From Deltaproteobacteria bacterium (GTDB lineage: Bacteria > Myxococcota_A > Polyangia > Polyangiales > Houyiibacteriaceae): a stretch of DNA of 64,000 bases. Positions within the stretch are counted from its first letter, which is position 1; each line of letters opens with the position of its first letter. Position numbers and translations under genes: made by a program. This document shows, in pieces, positions 1 through 10,239 of this stretch. The notes under the pieces were generated by a model. That model saw nothing but the letters and a program-made list of their open reading frames with translations. It searched no databases and was not told the origin of the DNA. The DNA is taken from contig JAXMNT010000026.1 in assembly GCA_034670305.1 (NCBI GenBank), positions 25,402 to 89,401 on the forward strand. Direction: 5' to 3'.

Positions 1-2222
1 TCGACAACGACTGCGACGACACCATCGACGAAGGCACCCGGCGGAGTGCCTGGTACCGCGACGAAGACGGCGACGGCTTCGGCGATCCGACCATGGTCAC
101 GCTCGACTGCGCCCAGCCGGATGGCTACGCAGCCAGCCCGTCGGACTGCGACGACGGCGACGCGATGCGGTTCCCCGGTGCGACCGAGCTCTGCGACGAC
201 GTCGACCAGGATTGCGACGCGCGGGTGGACGAAGGCGCGGTGCCGGTCGACTGGTACGTCGACTTCGACGGGGACGGCTACGGCACCGGCGCGGTCGCGA
301 TGTCGAGCTGCGTGATGCCGGTGGGACACGCGCTGCGCGACGGGGATTGCGCGGACATGAACGCGTCGATCAACCCGGGCGCCACCGAGATCTGCGATGG
401 CGTGAACGACGAGGACTGCGACGAGAACGTCGACGAAGGCCTCACGTCGATCTTCTACCGCGACATGGACGGAGACGGCGCCGGCGACCCGAGCATGACC
501 ATGACCGCGTGTTCCGCGCCGAGTGGGTTCGTCTCGACGATGAACGACTGCGACGACGACGACGGCGCGAACTTCCCAGGCAACCCGGAAGTCTGCGACA
601 TGGCCAACAACGACTGCGACGGCGCGACCGATGAAGGCCTGCCGACCGCCATCTACTACCGCGACATGGACGGCGACGGCTACGCGCCGACCGGTGCCGG
701 ATCGCTCATTCGATGCGCGGCGCCCGACGGCTACACCGCCGACCTCGGCGACTGCGACGATGGCCTCCCCTCGGTGAACCCCGACGGCACCGAGGTATGC
801 AACGGGCTCGACGACGACTGCAGCACCGTCGTCGACGACGGGGTCGCCGCGATGTGTTCGCCCGCCATTCACCCCGACCTGACCGGGGCCTGCGAGATGC
901 CGCCGGCAGCCGCAGGCACTTGCGACTGTGTGAGCGCGACCGCCGACGAGTGCGACGGCAACCCGGTCAACGGATGCGAAGATCTGATGACCGACGTCGA
1001 CCACTGCGGGGCGTGCAACGACCCATGCCCGGACGCTCGGTACTGCGCTGCGGGCAGCTGCACCTACGCGCCCATCACTGCCTTGACCGGCGGCGTCTCG
1101 AACAGCTGTGTCATCCGCGGTACCAACGTCGTGCAGTGCTGGGGCACCAACCGCACCACCTTCCAGGGCCCGGGTTCCTTTGGCACCGCGACGCGGGTAC
1201 TGGAGGGGTTCGAAGTCGTGCACTTTGCGACGAGTCGCTACAGCAGCGAGGGGCTCGGGCACGGCTGCTTCGCAGCGCTCAACGGGACCGGCGGGAACGA
1301 CCTCTACTGCTGGGGCTACGACAGCGAAGGGCAGACCGGCGACGGCGCTGTGACGCCCGCCCGCAACGAGGTTCCGACCCGAATCCTGGCCTCGGTCGAC
1401 GATGTGGTCGAAGACTGGGCGGAGGTCGTGCTCAGCGGTGCCTACTCCGTCGCGCGGACCGCAAGTGGTTCCGTTTGGGCATTCGGCACCAACTCGTCGG
1501 GCCAGTTGGGCAGCGACACCGGAGGCGCGGCGTCTCCAGTGCCCTTGCAGGTCGCCGGAATCGACGACGCGGTGCAGATCTCCGCGGGGTTCTCCCATGC
1601 CTGCGCCGTGCGGGCCTCGGGTCAGGTCTGGTGCTGGGGCAGTGACTCGTTCAACCGATGCGGCAACGGCGTGGTGCGGCGAGATGGGCCAACACCGCGA
1701 CCGGTGGTGTTCGACATGGGTGGGGAGATGCCACTGCAGAACGTCGCTCAGGTGGCGGCGCACGACGACGGTGGTTGCGCCCGCAAGACCGACGGAACCG
1801 TCTGGTGCTGGGGCGCCGGCACCCTTGGCAACGGGAGCACCGGGACCACCGGTGTCGCCGTCCAGGTGACGATCTCGGGCGCCACCGACCTGACATGCAG
1901 CGGACGGCCCAGTTGCTGCGCCGTCACGGGTGGCGGCATCGTTCAGTGCTGGGGCAACTTCAACGGCGGCACCCACGGCAACAACGCGACCACCGCGAAC
2001 CCGACGCCGGTCAACGTCGTGCTCGGAGCCGGACCCACACCACTCACTGGCGTCACCGAGGTGCACGCGACCAACGATGTGATGTGCGGACTCGTGCCTG
2101 CGCCGATGAACGACCGCGTCGTGTGCTGGGGCAACGGGACCAACGGACGGCTGGGCGACGGCAACACCGGCACCCACACGCGGCTCAATGCGGGTGCGCC
2201 GGACTTCGTGATGGGCCTATGA
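1..2222 (+). CDS. Secreted/surface repeat protein, 5'-truncated by the window edge. It has N-terminal tandem Asp/Cys 'putative metal-binding' repeats (DCDDxD...CDGxDxDCD), one DxxHCGxCxxPC Myxococcus-type Cys-rich module, and seven C-terminal RCC1-like repeats (CWGxNxxGQLG)
   Basis: The reading frame is open from nt 3 and continues the same D-C-D motif upstream of the first ATG at 93. The C-terminal half carries repeated xVxCWGxNxxGQxGxG RCC1 signatures. Stop is at 2220-2222. Confidence 0.75.
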   Translation, partial: DNDCDDTIDEGTRRSAWYRDEDGDGFGDPTMVTLDCAQPDGYAASPSDCDDGDAMRFPGATELCDDVDQDCDARVDEGAVPVDWYVDFDGDGYGTGAVAMSSCVMPVGHALRDGDCADMNASINPGATEICDGVNDEDCDENVDEGLTSIFYRDMDGDGAGDPSMTMTACSAPSGFVSTMNDCDDDDGANFPGNPEVCDMANNDCDGATDEGLPTAIYYRDMDGDGYAPTGAGSLIRCAAPDGYTADLGDCDDGLPSVNPDGTEVCNGLDDDCSTVVDDGVAAMCSPAIHPDLTGACEMPPAAAGTCDCVSATADECDGNPVNGCEDLMTDVDHCGACNDPCPDARYCAAGSCTYAPITALTGGVSNSCVIRGTNVVQCWGTNRTTFQGPGSFGTATRVLEGFEVVHFATSRYSSEGLGHGCFAALNGTGGNDLYCWGYDSEGQTGDGAVTPARNEVPTRILASVDDVVEDWAEVVLSGAYSVARTASGSVWAFGTNSSGQLGSDTGGAASPVPLQVAGIDDAVQISAGFSHACAVRASGQVWCWGSDSFNRCGNGVVRRDGPTPRPVVFDMGGEMPLQNVAQVAAHDDGGCARKTDGTVWCWGAGTLGNGSTGTTGVAVQVTISGATDLTCSGRPSCCAVTGGGIVQCWGNFNGGTHGNNATTANPTPVNVVLGAGPTPLTGVTEVHATNDVMCGLVPAPMNDRVVCWGNGTNGRLGDGNTGTHTRLNAGAPDFVMGL

Positions 2223-2225
2223 CGC

Positions 2226-2522
2226 CGTAGCGGAAGCGGAAGCCGAAGCGGTCGCGGAAGCGGAAGCGGAAGCGGAAGCCGAAGCGGAAGCGGTCGCGGA
2301 AGCGGTCGCGGAAGCGGAAGCGGAAGCGGAATCCGAATCCGAATCCGAAGCCGAATCCGAATCCGAATCCGAAGCCGAATCCGAAGCAGAAGCCGAAGCC
2401 GAAACCGAAGCCGAAGCCGAAGCCGAATCCGAATCCGAATCCGACGCAGAAGCCGAAGCCGAAGCCGAAGCCGACGCCGAAGCCGACGCCGACGCCGACG
2501 CCGAATCCGAGGCCGAAGCCGG
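2226..2522. repeat. Intergenic hexanucleotide microsatellite (GCSGAA)n, about 50 units
   Basis: Direct reading shows gcggaagcggaagccgaagcg... continuing without spacers between the RCC1-protein stop and the next gene start. Confidence 0.9.
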
Positions 2523-2538
2523 CCGATCCGGCTCCGCG

Positions 2539-4302
2539 GTGGCGGGGCGGCCGGGCATGGGTCAGACCGGAGTCATGAAGACTCGACTGGACGTGGTGGG
2601 CGCGGGGGTTCGGTTGGCGGCGTACACCGAGGGGCGGCCGCTCGATTCGGGGGCGCCGGTGGTGCTCTTGCTGCACGGGTACCCGGACGACCACACGGTG
2701 TGGGACGGGGTCGCGGAGGCGCTCGCGGCGGACCACTGCGTGCTGCGATACGACGTGCGCGGGGCGGGCGCGTCGGAGCGACCGGAAGCGGTGGCGGACT
2801 ACGACCTCGCGCTACTCGCGGACGATCTCTTCGCGGTGCTCGAGGCGCTCGTGCCCGACGGCCGACCGGTGCATCTGGTCGGACACGACTGGGGCGGCAT
2901 CCAGCTCTGGGAACCCGTCTGCGATGCGCGCGCGACCGGACGGATCGCGAGCTTCACCTCGGTGAGCGGACCGTGTCTCGACCACGCGGGCCTTGCGATG
3001 CGCGGGCCGGCGTTTCGCTCGCCAGGCAAACTCGTCGCGCAGCTGCGGCGCTCTTGGTACGTCGGGTTCTTCCAGCTTCCGGGCGTCGCGCCCGCGCTCT
3101 GGCGCGGCAAGGCGGGCGCGGGGTTTCCAGCGCGACTTGCCAAGACCGAAGGCATCGACGCGGACAGCCTCTCCGACGGCCTCGTCGAAGATGGCGTGCA
3201 CGGGATCAAACTCTACCGCGCCAACATGCGCGACCGGCTCTCGAAGCCGCGCGACCGCCGCACCGACGTGCCGACGCTGCTCATCGCGCCGGCGGACGAC
3301 GACTACGTCACGCCACTGCTCGCCGACGCAGCCGAAGGGTTCGCGAGCACCCTCTACCGCCGCGACGTCGCGGGCGGGCATTGGATCGTGCGCCGGCATC
3401 CGAAACGCATCGCCCGGTTCGTCGCCGAGATGGTGCGGCACGTCGACGGCGAACCGTCGGCTGCCCTCGAGCGTCGCCGCGTCCGGCCGGGGCATCGCCA
3501 TCCGCGCCGCCTGGCGCTCGTCACCGGGGCTGGATCCGGCATCGGTGAAGCGACCGCGCTCGCGTTCGCGGAAGAAGGCGACGATCTGGTCTTGGTCGAC
3601 CTCGACCTGCCTTCCGCCGAAGCCGTCGCTGTCCGTTGCCAGGCGTTCGGTGTCACGGCCGTCGCTTACCAGGTGGATGTCAGCGACCGGGCCGCGATGG
3701 AAGACCTCACCGAACGGGTCTGCGCCCTCGAGGGCGTGCCGGACGTGGTCGTGAACAACGCAGGCATCGGGCTCGCGGGACCGTTCTTGGCGACCGACGC
3801 GGACGCCTGGGAGCGGGTGCTCGGCGTGAACCTCTTCGGGGTCATTCACGGCGCGCGCCTCTTCGGCCGGGCCATGGTCGAGGCGGGCGGGGGACACCTC
3901 GTGAACATCGCCTCCGCGGCCGCGTTCGCGCCGAGCCGCAACATGTCCGCGTACGCGACCTCCAAAGCCGCGGTGCGCATGCTCGGCGATTGCCTGCGCG
4001 GCGAGTTCGCAGAACACGGCGTCGGGGTCAGCACCATCTGCCCCGGCTTCGTGCACACCCCCATCACCCAGCGCACGCAGTTCGTCGGCCTCGACGACGC
4101 CGCGCAGGCCCAAGAGCGCGACCGCGCGACCGCGATGTACGCGAAACGCAACCTCACCGCCGAAGAAGTCGCGCGCGCGATCGTCGGCGCGGTGGACCAC
4201 GACCGCGCCGTCGTCCCGGTGGGACTCGAGGCGCATGTGCTCGATCGGGTGCAGCGCTGGGCACCGGCGTTGAGCCGAAAGATCGCGTCCCTGAAGTTCT
4301 AG
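2539..4302 (+). CDS. Bifunctional fusion: N-terminal alpha/beta-hydrolase fold and C-terminal short-chain dehydrogenase/reductase (SDR)
   Basis: The N-terminal part has HGYPDD...HLVGHDWGG (nucleophile elbow). After about residue 310 come [10 protein letters not shown] (Rossmann fold), NNAG and YxxxK (YATSK), the SDR catalytic motifs. There is no stop between the two parts. The start may be GTG at 2539 or ATG at 2575. Confidence 0.7.
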   Translation: MAGRPGMGQTGVMKTRLDVVGAGVRLAAYTEGRPLDSGAPVVLLLHGYPDDHTVWDGVAEALAADHCVLRYDVRGAGASERPEAVADYDLALLADDLFAVLEALVPDGRPVHLVGHDWGGIQLWEPVCDARATGRIASFTSVSGPCLDHAGLAMRGPAFRSPGKLVAQLRRSWYVGFFQLPGVAPALWRGKAGAGFPARLAKTEGIDADSLSDGLVEDGVHGIKLYRANMRDRLSKPRDRRTDVPTLLIAPADDDYVTPLLADAAEGFASTLYRRDVAGGHWIVRRHPKRIARFVAEMVRHVDGEPSAALERRRVRPGHRHPRRLALVTGAGSGIGEATALAFAEEGDDLVLVDLDLPSAEAVAVRCQAFGVTAVAYQVDVSDRAAMEDLTERVCALEGVPDVVVNNAGIGLAGPFLATDADAWERVLGVNLFGVIHGARLFGRAMVEAGGGHLVNIASAAAFAPSRNMSAYATSKAAVRMLGDCLRGEFAEHGVGVSTICPGFVHTPITQRTQFVGLDDAAQAQERDRATAMYAKRNLTAEEVARAIVGAVDHDRAVVPVGLEAHVLDRVQRWAPALSRKIASLKF

Positions 4303-5150
4303 GGCTTCTTGGCGGGCGCAGCGGGCGCGGCTTCGGGCCAGGGTCGGAACGGGGCGGCGAGGAGCGGAAAGATGCCTTCGGGCAGGTCTTCTTTCACGCC
4401 GAACTCTGTCGGCTGCTCGCCGGCCGGCAGGTGGTACGTGCGGAAGATCAGATCCCAAATCGGAAAGAACCCAGCGAAGTTCACGTGCAGGTCCTTCTGG
4501 TGGTGGAACCGGTGGAACGCCGGGCTCGCAATCACGTAGCGCAGCGGTCCGAACCGCCAGGGCACACTCGCGTGCAACACGATGCCGTGGATCAGAAAGA
4601 GCGGCGCGTAGACCGCGAAGGCCTTGAGCGGCAATCCCATCAGGAACAATGGGATGACCCGCAACACCGTGCCGAGCCCAGTGCCGATCGGATGCCCGCG
4701 CGCCGCAGCGAGCCAATCGACCGTCTTCGAGGAGTGGTGGATCGCGTGCAGTCGCCACAGCCGCTTCGACTTGTGAAAGAGGCGGTGGATCCAGTACCCG
4801 AGGAAGTCGGCGCAGAGCAGACCGATGAGGAGCTGCAGCGCGAACGGGAGCTCCTTCAGCGGACCGGCGCCGTGCTCCATGTGGTCCATGAATCGTTCGC
4901 GTCCGAGCGCCACGGCGGGCAGCAGCAGCGCACCGCCCACGAAGAGCGGCCGCGTGATGCGACTCATGAACCCCGCCACGGGCCACCAGAGGATCTCGCG
5001 GAAGAAGCCCCGAATCGATCGACGCGGCCCCTTCGGCGCTGGCCACTTCCACTGCACCAGCCCCATCAGGATCGCGAAGATCCCGAGACCGGTGAGTATG
5101 CCGCCGAGGTTGGCCATCCAGAGAGTGTACGCCCAAGTCGCGCGTGGCAT
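4299..5150 (-). CDS. Fatty acid hydroxylase / sterol desaturase family integral membrane protein
   Basis: His-box motifs are present (HRLFHxxxxLWRLHAIHHSS and FHRFHHQKDLHVNF) and the protein is hydrophobic. The start is chosen at MPRATWAY (5150); the longer ORF to 5357 overlaps the divergent gene. Confidence 0.65.
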   Translation of the reverse strand: MPRATWAYTLWMANLGGILTGLGIFAILMGLVQWKWPAPKGPRRSIRGFFREILWWPVAGFMSRITRPLFVGGALLLPAVALGRERFMDHMEHGAGPLKELPFALQLLIGLLCADFLGYWIHRLFHKSKRLWRLHAIHHSSKTVDWLAAARGHPIGTGLGTVLRVIPLFLMGLPLKAFAVYAPLFLIHGIVLHASVPWRFGPLRYVIASPAFHRFHHQKDLHVNFAGFFPIWDLIFRTYHLPAGEQPTEFGVKEDLPEGIFPLLAAPFRPWPEAAPAAPAKKP

Positions 5151-5184
5151 TTCCCCCGAGCGGCAAGTCGGGCAGCATGCCCGC

Positions 5185-6105
5185 GTGACCGAGGGATCGA
5201 ACCCGTTGTTTCTTCCGGCCCCAGCCATACCGCGCTGGCTCGAAACCCAGCTGCCGCCAGACACCCGCCGGCGCTGCGTTCGGGTCGGCGAACACGCGCT
5301 GCACGTGATGGAGTTCGGTCCCGCGGACGGACGAGCGGTCGTCTGCGTACACGGCAACCCGAGCTGGGGGTTTCTCTACCGGATGATCGGCGCCGCCCTG
5401 GCCGGCGAACCGTTCCGACTCATCGCACCCGATCTGGTGGGCCTGGGGCTGAGCGACAAACCCCGAGACGGCGCGATGCACACGCTCGACGCGCACGCAG
5501 GTTGGCTTGGTGGCGTCGTCGACGCGCTCGACCTCGAGGACGCGATCTTCGTCGGACAAGACTGGGGCGGACCGATCGGACTGCGCGCGTTCGCCGACCG
5601 GCCGAAGCGACTCTCGGGCATGGTGATCCTGAACACCGTCGTCGGGCCGCCGAAGCCAGGCTTTCGACCCACCGCATTCCACCGGTTCGCCCGGCTGCCG
5701 ATCGTCAGCGACTTCGTCTTCGAGACCCTCGGCTTCCCGCAGAACGCGATGGGATTCGCGCAGGGCGACAGACGCAGCGTGCGTGGCGACGTGCGGCGCG
5801 CGTACATGTACCCGCTCCGGCGGCGCGACGAACGGACCGCGCCCCTGGCCCTGGCGCGCATGGTGCCGGACACCCAATCGCACCCATCGATCGAACCTCT
5901 GCGGCGCTGCCAAGAGTTCTTCGAAGCGTTCGAGGGTCCGGTCGCGATCGTGTGGGGCGATCGCGATCCGGTGCTCGGCTCCGTGCGCAGCTGGATCGAG
6001 AAGCTGCGCCCCGACGCCCACGTCACCCGCACCGAAGCCGGTCACTTTCTCCAAGAAGAAGTACCCGACGAGATCGCCGACGCGGTGCGCCGCGTCGCCT
6101 CATGA
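5185..6105 (+). CDS. Alpha/beta hydrolase, haloalkane-dehalogenase-like (HLD/epoxide hydrolase fold)
   Basis: The sequence ...LHVMEFGPADGRAVVCVHGNPSWGFLYRMI...APDLVGLGLSDKP...GQDWGG matches the HLD N-terminus and nucleophile region. The start is uncertain (GTG at 5185 is used). Confidence 0.65.
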   Translation: MTEGSNPLFLPAPAIPRWLETQLPPDTRRRCVRVGEHALHVMEFGPADGRAVVCVHGNPSWGFLYRMIGAALAGEPFRLIAPDLVGLGLSDKPRDGAMHTLDAHAGWLGGVVDALDLEDAIFVGQDWGGPIGLRAFADRPKRLSGMVILNTVVGPPKPGFRPTAFHRFARLPIVSDFVFETLGFPQNAMGFAQGDRRSVRGDVRRAYMYPLRRRDERTAPLALARMVPDTQSHPSIEPLRRCQEFFEAFEGPVAIVWGDRDPVLGSVRSWIEKLRPDAHVTRTEAGHFLQEEVPDEIADAVRRVAS

Positions 6106-6120
6106 GCGCGCTGCCGAGAT

Positions 6121-6456
6121 TCAGCGGCGGCGGCGACCGAAGAGAGCGACCAGACCGAACATCCACGCGGCGCCCGCGCCCTCGCCCGCTGCTGAACAGC
6201 CGCCGGAGGGGGCAGGGGCTGGCGGTGCTTCGCCTTCGACGCAGTGACCTCCTTGTCCGCGTTCGTACGGCTCCCAATGGGTCCCCTCGCCGCACGCCAC
6301 ACATTCACCGTCGTGGGCGCCCTGCCACTCTTCGCCTTCGGGACATGGGAACGGAGGCACGACGTCGGCCGAAGCCCAGGCCGGCGCGAGACACACGGCG
6401 ACCATCCCTGCGATCAGGACGAGTCGAGCGAAGACGGATGGCGCGGAACGGTTCAT
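6121..6456 (-). CDS. Small Cys-rich secreted protein with a C-terminal MYXO-CTERM sorting signal
   Basis: It has a signal peptide (MNRSAPSVFARLVLIAGMVAVCLAPAWA). The C-terminus GGCSAAGEG...AWMFGLVALFGRRRR is a GC motif plus a TM helix plus an Arg cluster. Confidence 0.6.
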   Translation of the reverse strand: MNRSAPSVFARLVLIAGMVAVCLAPAWASADVVPPFPCPEGEEWQGAHDGECVACGEGTHWEPYERGQGGHCVEGEAPPAPAPSGGCSAAGEGAGAAWMFGLVALFGRRRR

Positions 6457-6493
6457 GGAATCGGAGTGTACCAGCGAGACGTTGGTGCCCGGC

Positions 6494-7330
6494 ATGACCG
6501 CGCTTCGAGAGCACGCGACTCAGCGCCGCGCCGACCTCCGCTTGGCAGCGGGACTGCTCGCCCTCATTGTGGGGACCGTGTTCGGACTCGTGACGTTGCA
6601 GCGCGCGCTGCTCTTTCCGCGCCCTCGCGTGGCCGTTGCCGCGCCGCCACCGAACACCGAGGACTTCGAAGCGTGGTGGATCGAATCCCCGGAGGGACCG
6701 GTCGAAGCGTGGTTCTTGCGCGGCCGGAACGTCACCGGCCCAAGCCCCGTCGTCCTGTTCACCCACGGCAACGGAGAGCTCATCGACTTCTGGCGGGACG
6801 AGATGAACCCGTGGCTCGACATGGGCGTCAGCGTCGTGCTCGCGGAGTACCGCGGCTACGGACGCAGCGCCGGCAGCCCGAGCGAAGCCCACATCGCAGC
6901 GGATCTTCGGCTGCTGCACGCGAAGATGGTCGCCCACCCCCTCATCGACCCGGCGCGCATCGTCTACCACGGGCGTTCGCTTGGCGGCGGCGCCGTCGGC
7001 ACGCTCCTGCGTTCCCACGCGCCGCGCGCGTTGATTCTCGAGTCCACCTTCACCAGCGTCACCGATCTGGTGGCGGCGATGCGGCTTCCGCGATCGCTGA
7101 TGGTCGACCGCTTCGAGACCCTGCCCGCCCTCGCGGAGTACAACGGCCCGCTGCTCGTCGTGCACGGCGAACACGACCGCGTGATCCCCGTCGCGCATGG
7201 ACGACGCCTCGCGCAAGCCAGGCCCGGATCCGAACTCCTGCTCTACGACTGCGGCCACAACGACCTCCCCCACGACGCCCGCTACTGGCAAACGATGCGC
7301 ACGTTCCTCGAACGCGCGAACGTGCTGTAG
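6494..7330 (+). CDS. Alpha/beta hydrolase (BEM46/S9-like serine hydrolase) with an N-terminal TM anchor
   Basis: It has VVLFTHGNGE, the nucleophile elbow HGRSLGGG, HGEHDRVIP and GHNDL. The start could be 6455 or 6494. Confidence 0.65.
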   Translation: MTALREHATQRRADLRLAAGLLALIVGTVFGLVTLQRALLFPRPRVAVAAPPPNTEDFEAWWIESPEGPVEAWFLRGRNVTGPSPVVLFTHGNGELIDFWRDEMNPWLDMGVSVVLAEYRGYGRSAGSPSEAHIAADLRLLHAKMVAHPLIDPARIVYHGRSLGGGAVGTLLRSHAPRALILESTFTSVTDLVAAMRLPRSLMVDRFETLPALAEYNGPLLVVHGEHDRVIPVAHGRRLAQARPGSELLLYDCGHNDLPHDARYWQTMRTFLERANVL

Positions 7331-7402
7331 CAACGCCGCCAGCTTCGGCTCCATCACACGAAAGCGGAGCGCCCAACGGACGCTCCGCTCAGCTTCGCCA
7401 AG

Positions 7403-7714
7403 CTATCCGCGACTAAGCTTGAACAACATCGCGCAGACGTGGTCCGCCAGGTCGTAGACCTCGTCGCTCGCCTCCACGTACCCCATCACGCCTGCGACCT
7501 GCAGAGCCGCCTTCACTTCGCGGGCCTCGCCAAGAGCTCGAGAAAAGCCGTCCGGGTTCCGCCCCCCGCGCGCGCTCCGCGACTCGGCGATCAAGAGCGG
7601 GACCGCCTGCGCGGCGCGCCGGAGTTGCGACTTGAGACTCGCCTCGCGAATGCGAGGCAGAACCTCGCGAACCAGCGTAGAAAGCAGAAGCAGCGACTTG
7701 TCGAATACCAGCAT
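7403..7714 (-). CDS. Four-helix-bundle protein (23S rRNA intervening-sequence protein family, TIGR02436-like)
   Basis: It has SQLRRAAQAVPLLIAES...FSRALGEAREVKAALQVAGVMGYV, typical of this family. The N-terminus is possibly longer, with a non-ATG start. Confidence 0.5.
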   Translation of the reverse strand: MLVFDKSLLLLSTLVREVLPRIREASLKSQLRRAAQAVPLLIAESRSARGGRNPDGFSRALGEAREVKAALQVAGVMGYVEASDEVYDLADHVCAMLFKLSRG

Positions 7715-7776
7715 GTTGACCTCCCGGTCGTTGTGCGCCGAGCGTGAACTCGCCCGAGGGCGCGCAGCGCCCCCCA

Positions 7777-7867
7777 GCGGTCTGGGCGGTGCCGGGTCAA
7801 GGACGAGCGAAGCGAAGCCAGCGAAGCTGGGGCCGAAGGCCTCCTTTACGCGGTGCCGCCCAGACCG
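7777..7867. other. Hairpin-capable element with a 14-bp inverted repeat (AGCGGTCTGGGCGG ... CCGCCCAGACCGCT), flanking the GCGAAGCGAAGCCAG motif
   Basis: Read directly from the sequence. It is intergenic and upstream of the 8078 gene. Confidence 0.4.
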
Positions 7868-7939
7868 CTACGGTCGGACAACCCACGGGCCAGCCAAACC
7901 CTCCCGAGAAGGGGGCGGAAGCTACGGGGTGCGTCGCTG

Positions 7940-8030
7940 TCGGCATCGGCATCGGCCGGCATCGGCTTCGGTATCGGCTTCGGCTTCGGCGTCGGCTTCG
8001 CCGTCGGCGTCGGCGTCGGCTCGGGAAGTC
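7940..8030. repeat. Intergenic hexanucleotide microsatellite (GGCDTC)n, about 15 units
   Basis: ggcatcggcatcggccggcatcggcttcggtatcggcttcggcttcggcgtc... Confidence 0.9.
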
Positions 8031-8077
8031 TGCTCGAGCACGCAACCGGCGGCCCACGGTTTCGAGGAGGGACCCAT

Positions 8078-8738
8078 GCACTCCCTCTCCCCCTGGGCGA
8101 CCTCGGTCGCCTGTCTTCTTCTCTGGGTGGCCTCCGCGTGTCCTTCGCCGGCCGCCGCTCAGTCCCGCTGGAACACGCCGGTGCTCGAAGGGCACATCGA
8201 GGAGCACGCGCCCCGGCGCGACGAACTCGGCTACTTCCGCGTCCCGCGCCTCGAGATCGCCGCCGACGGGGGCGGGTCGCTCGGCGACGCCGCGCTCGAC
8301 CGGTTCCACGCGGTCGGCACACTCCGCCTGCACGTGCCGCTCGGCGCCGCGGTCGTCGTGGGCGGGGAGGCGCGAAGCGGCGTGCTGTTCTTCCCACGCG
8401 ACCTGTCGGACTTGAACGACGAACTCGAGTTCACCCGCCGCACCGACGTGGCGTTCTTCGCTCGGCTCCGCGCCACGTTCGCACGCACGACGATCTTCGT
8501 CGGCGGCGACTTCGGCTGGTCGCGCGTGGCTCCGGAGGATCAGTCTGCCGGGAGTGCGCGCGATGGTCTCGTCGCCGGACCTCAGGTGGGTGTGGAGGTC
8601 GGCACCTTCGTTCGGACTTCTCTGACGGCCAGCTGGCGCGTCTATCGATACGGCGAAGCCGACCTCGACGGCAGCCGCGGGCACTCGGAGTTCTCGTTCG
8701 GCCTGGGGTTGCAGATCCCGATCTGGAGGGTCCGATGA
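8078..8738 (+). CDS. Secreted protein with a signal peptide, possibly an outer-membrane beta-barrel
   Basis: It has a signal peptide ([21 protein letters not shown]), alternating hydrophobic beta-strand-like segments, and a C-terminal aromatic-rich end. It is translationally coupled (ATGA) to the next gene. Confidence 0.5.
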
Positions 8739-9523
8739 ACCGCGCCCGTCCACTCTGCGTGTGGTTGGCGCTGTTGCTGGTCGGATGCATCCGGGGCGAA
8801 ACGCTTCGTCCGGTCCACGACGTGCGCACGCACCTGGCCAGCGAGTTCGACTGCGACCTCTCCGAGATCGACGTCTCGCCCCTCGGCCTGCCCTTCTTCG
8901 AGGATCCCTTCTTCACCGATCACGCGCACTACCGGGCGCGCGGTTGCGGACATGTCGTGGACTTCGAGTGCCCGGCGTTCGGCGCGTCGCAACCGTGCGT
9001 CCCCGTGCATCCCTACGAGACGGCCCACGCCTCGACGCCCCAAGCCACGGTGCGCTGGCTCAGCAATTACCCCGCCGCACACACGTACGCCGCACGCGAA
9101 GAGATCCACGTCGGCAACCAGGGACGGATCGTACGCGCCGTCCGCCAGGGCGAACACGCGCTGGGCATCTCGGTCGCCGCCGAACCCGCGGTGTGGCGCG
9201 TTCAGGCGGCGCAGATCGGGCTGCGGTCGGAGCAGTACACCTACCGCTCGCAGGAATCGTGTGGAAGCAACTGCACCCGGACCATCACGGGCGTCGGGTA
9301 CCGCAGCGTCAAGGTGCTCGAACATCCGTGCCACCTCGAGTTCCAGTTCCGCCCGAGCCCCGGGGGCTCGTACCGGATTGGTTTTGCCCACGCACCGCGC
9401 GGCCAGACCGCGGTGCAAGCACCGGTCGGGGTCACGGGACCAACCGCTGCGTGCGAGGTCGCCTGCGTGCGCGACGACGGGGGCGTCGACCGTGCGTGCG
9501 AAGGCTTCCAGCCGCTCCGCTGA
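8737..9523 (+). CDS. Lipoprotein of unknown function
   Basis: It has a lipobox (LLLVGC) and 10 Cys. Its start overlaps the stop of the upstream gene. Confidence 0.5.
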
Positions 9524-9575
9524 GCCGCGCGTAGCGGTCCCGGTGACATGCCTCGCTCGCTTCGCTCGACTTCGC

Positions 9576-9608
9576 CGTGTCGGCCGACACGCCGGTCTGA
9601 CTTTTTTG
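9576..9608 (+). terminator. Possible terminator: perfect 16-bp palindrome CGTGTCGGCCGACACG followed 10 nt later by TTTTTT
   Basis: Read directly from the sequence. It sits 3' of the 8737-9523 gene. Confidence 0.35.
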
Positions 9609-9685
9609 TCGTGACCCCCGTCCCACCCTGACAACGCATTCGAAGCACTCGGGTTCGAAGCGACTGGCTCAAGACAGGGGACGGC

Positions 9686-10237
9686 ATGCAGAAGTGGATC
9701 GGGATCGGGTTGGCGTTGGCGATGACGATGGGGCTCGGCGCAGGCGCCGATGCCCAACGCGGACAGCGCGGGCAGCGCGGACAACGCGGATACGTGCAAC
9801 AGGGCGCTCACGGCCACGGGCACGCCCATCGCCGGCGCGGACGCGGACACCGACCGCGAGGGCACCACCGAGCGGCGCCCAACTGCCGCGCGACCCTCGT
9901 CCAGGTCGGCCACCACCCCGTCAACGCAGGCTACTGCGAGCGAGCCGAACCCTACTGCGCCGACGCGCTGCTCCGCGCCGGCCACCACCCCGTCAACCTC
10001 GGCTACTGCGCCAACGTCGAACCCGTCTGCGCGTCGTCTCTCCTGCAGGCCGGCCACCACCCCGTGAACCTTGGCTACTGCAGCAGCACCCGCGCCGAAC
10101 CCTACTGCGCCCAGGCCCTCCTCCAAGCCGGCCACCACCCCGTCAACCTCGGCTACTGCGCCAACGTGGAACCCAACTGCGCCGTCTCCGTCCTCCAAAG
10201 CGGCCGCCACCCCGTCAACCTCGGCTACTGCCGCTGA
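9686..10237 (+). CDS. Small secreted His-rich protein with five tandem about 22-aa repeats (C[19 protein letters not shown]/S-x-EP)
   Basis: It has a signal peptide and a (GQR)3 tract, then [20 protein letters not shown], then five near-identical HHPVNLGYC repeats each bracketed by Cys. Confidence 0.55.
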   Translation: MQKWIGIGLALAMTMGLGAGADAQRGQRGQRGQRGYVQQGAHGHGHAHRRRGRGHRPRGHHRAAPNCRATLVQVGHHPVNAGYCERAEPYCADALLRAGHHPVNLGYCANVEPVCASSLLQAGHHPVNLGYCSSTRAEPYCAQALLQAGHHPVNLGYCANVEPNCAVSVLQSGRHPVNLGYCR

Positions 10238-10239
10238 CA

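Noticed and set aside
2185-2736. ORFs translating the microsatellites as poly-GF, poly-SA, poly-AE or poly-PK proteins (2185-2736, 2217-2558, 10071-10532, 14830-15147, 14852-15214, 14904-15755, 30514-31206, 30636-31019, 8642-10513)
   Set aside because: Every frame and both strands are open across the repeats, so the ORFs are a trivial consequence of the hexamer repeat. There is no signal peptide or start context, and they overlap each other.
2812-6054. 1080-aa ORF on the minus strand
   Set aside because: It lies antisense to three well-supported genes (SDR fusion, desaturase, HLD hydrolase). Its low-complexity R/A/G-rich translation is typical of high-GC antisense frames.
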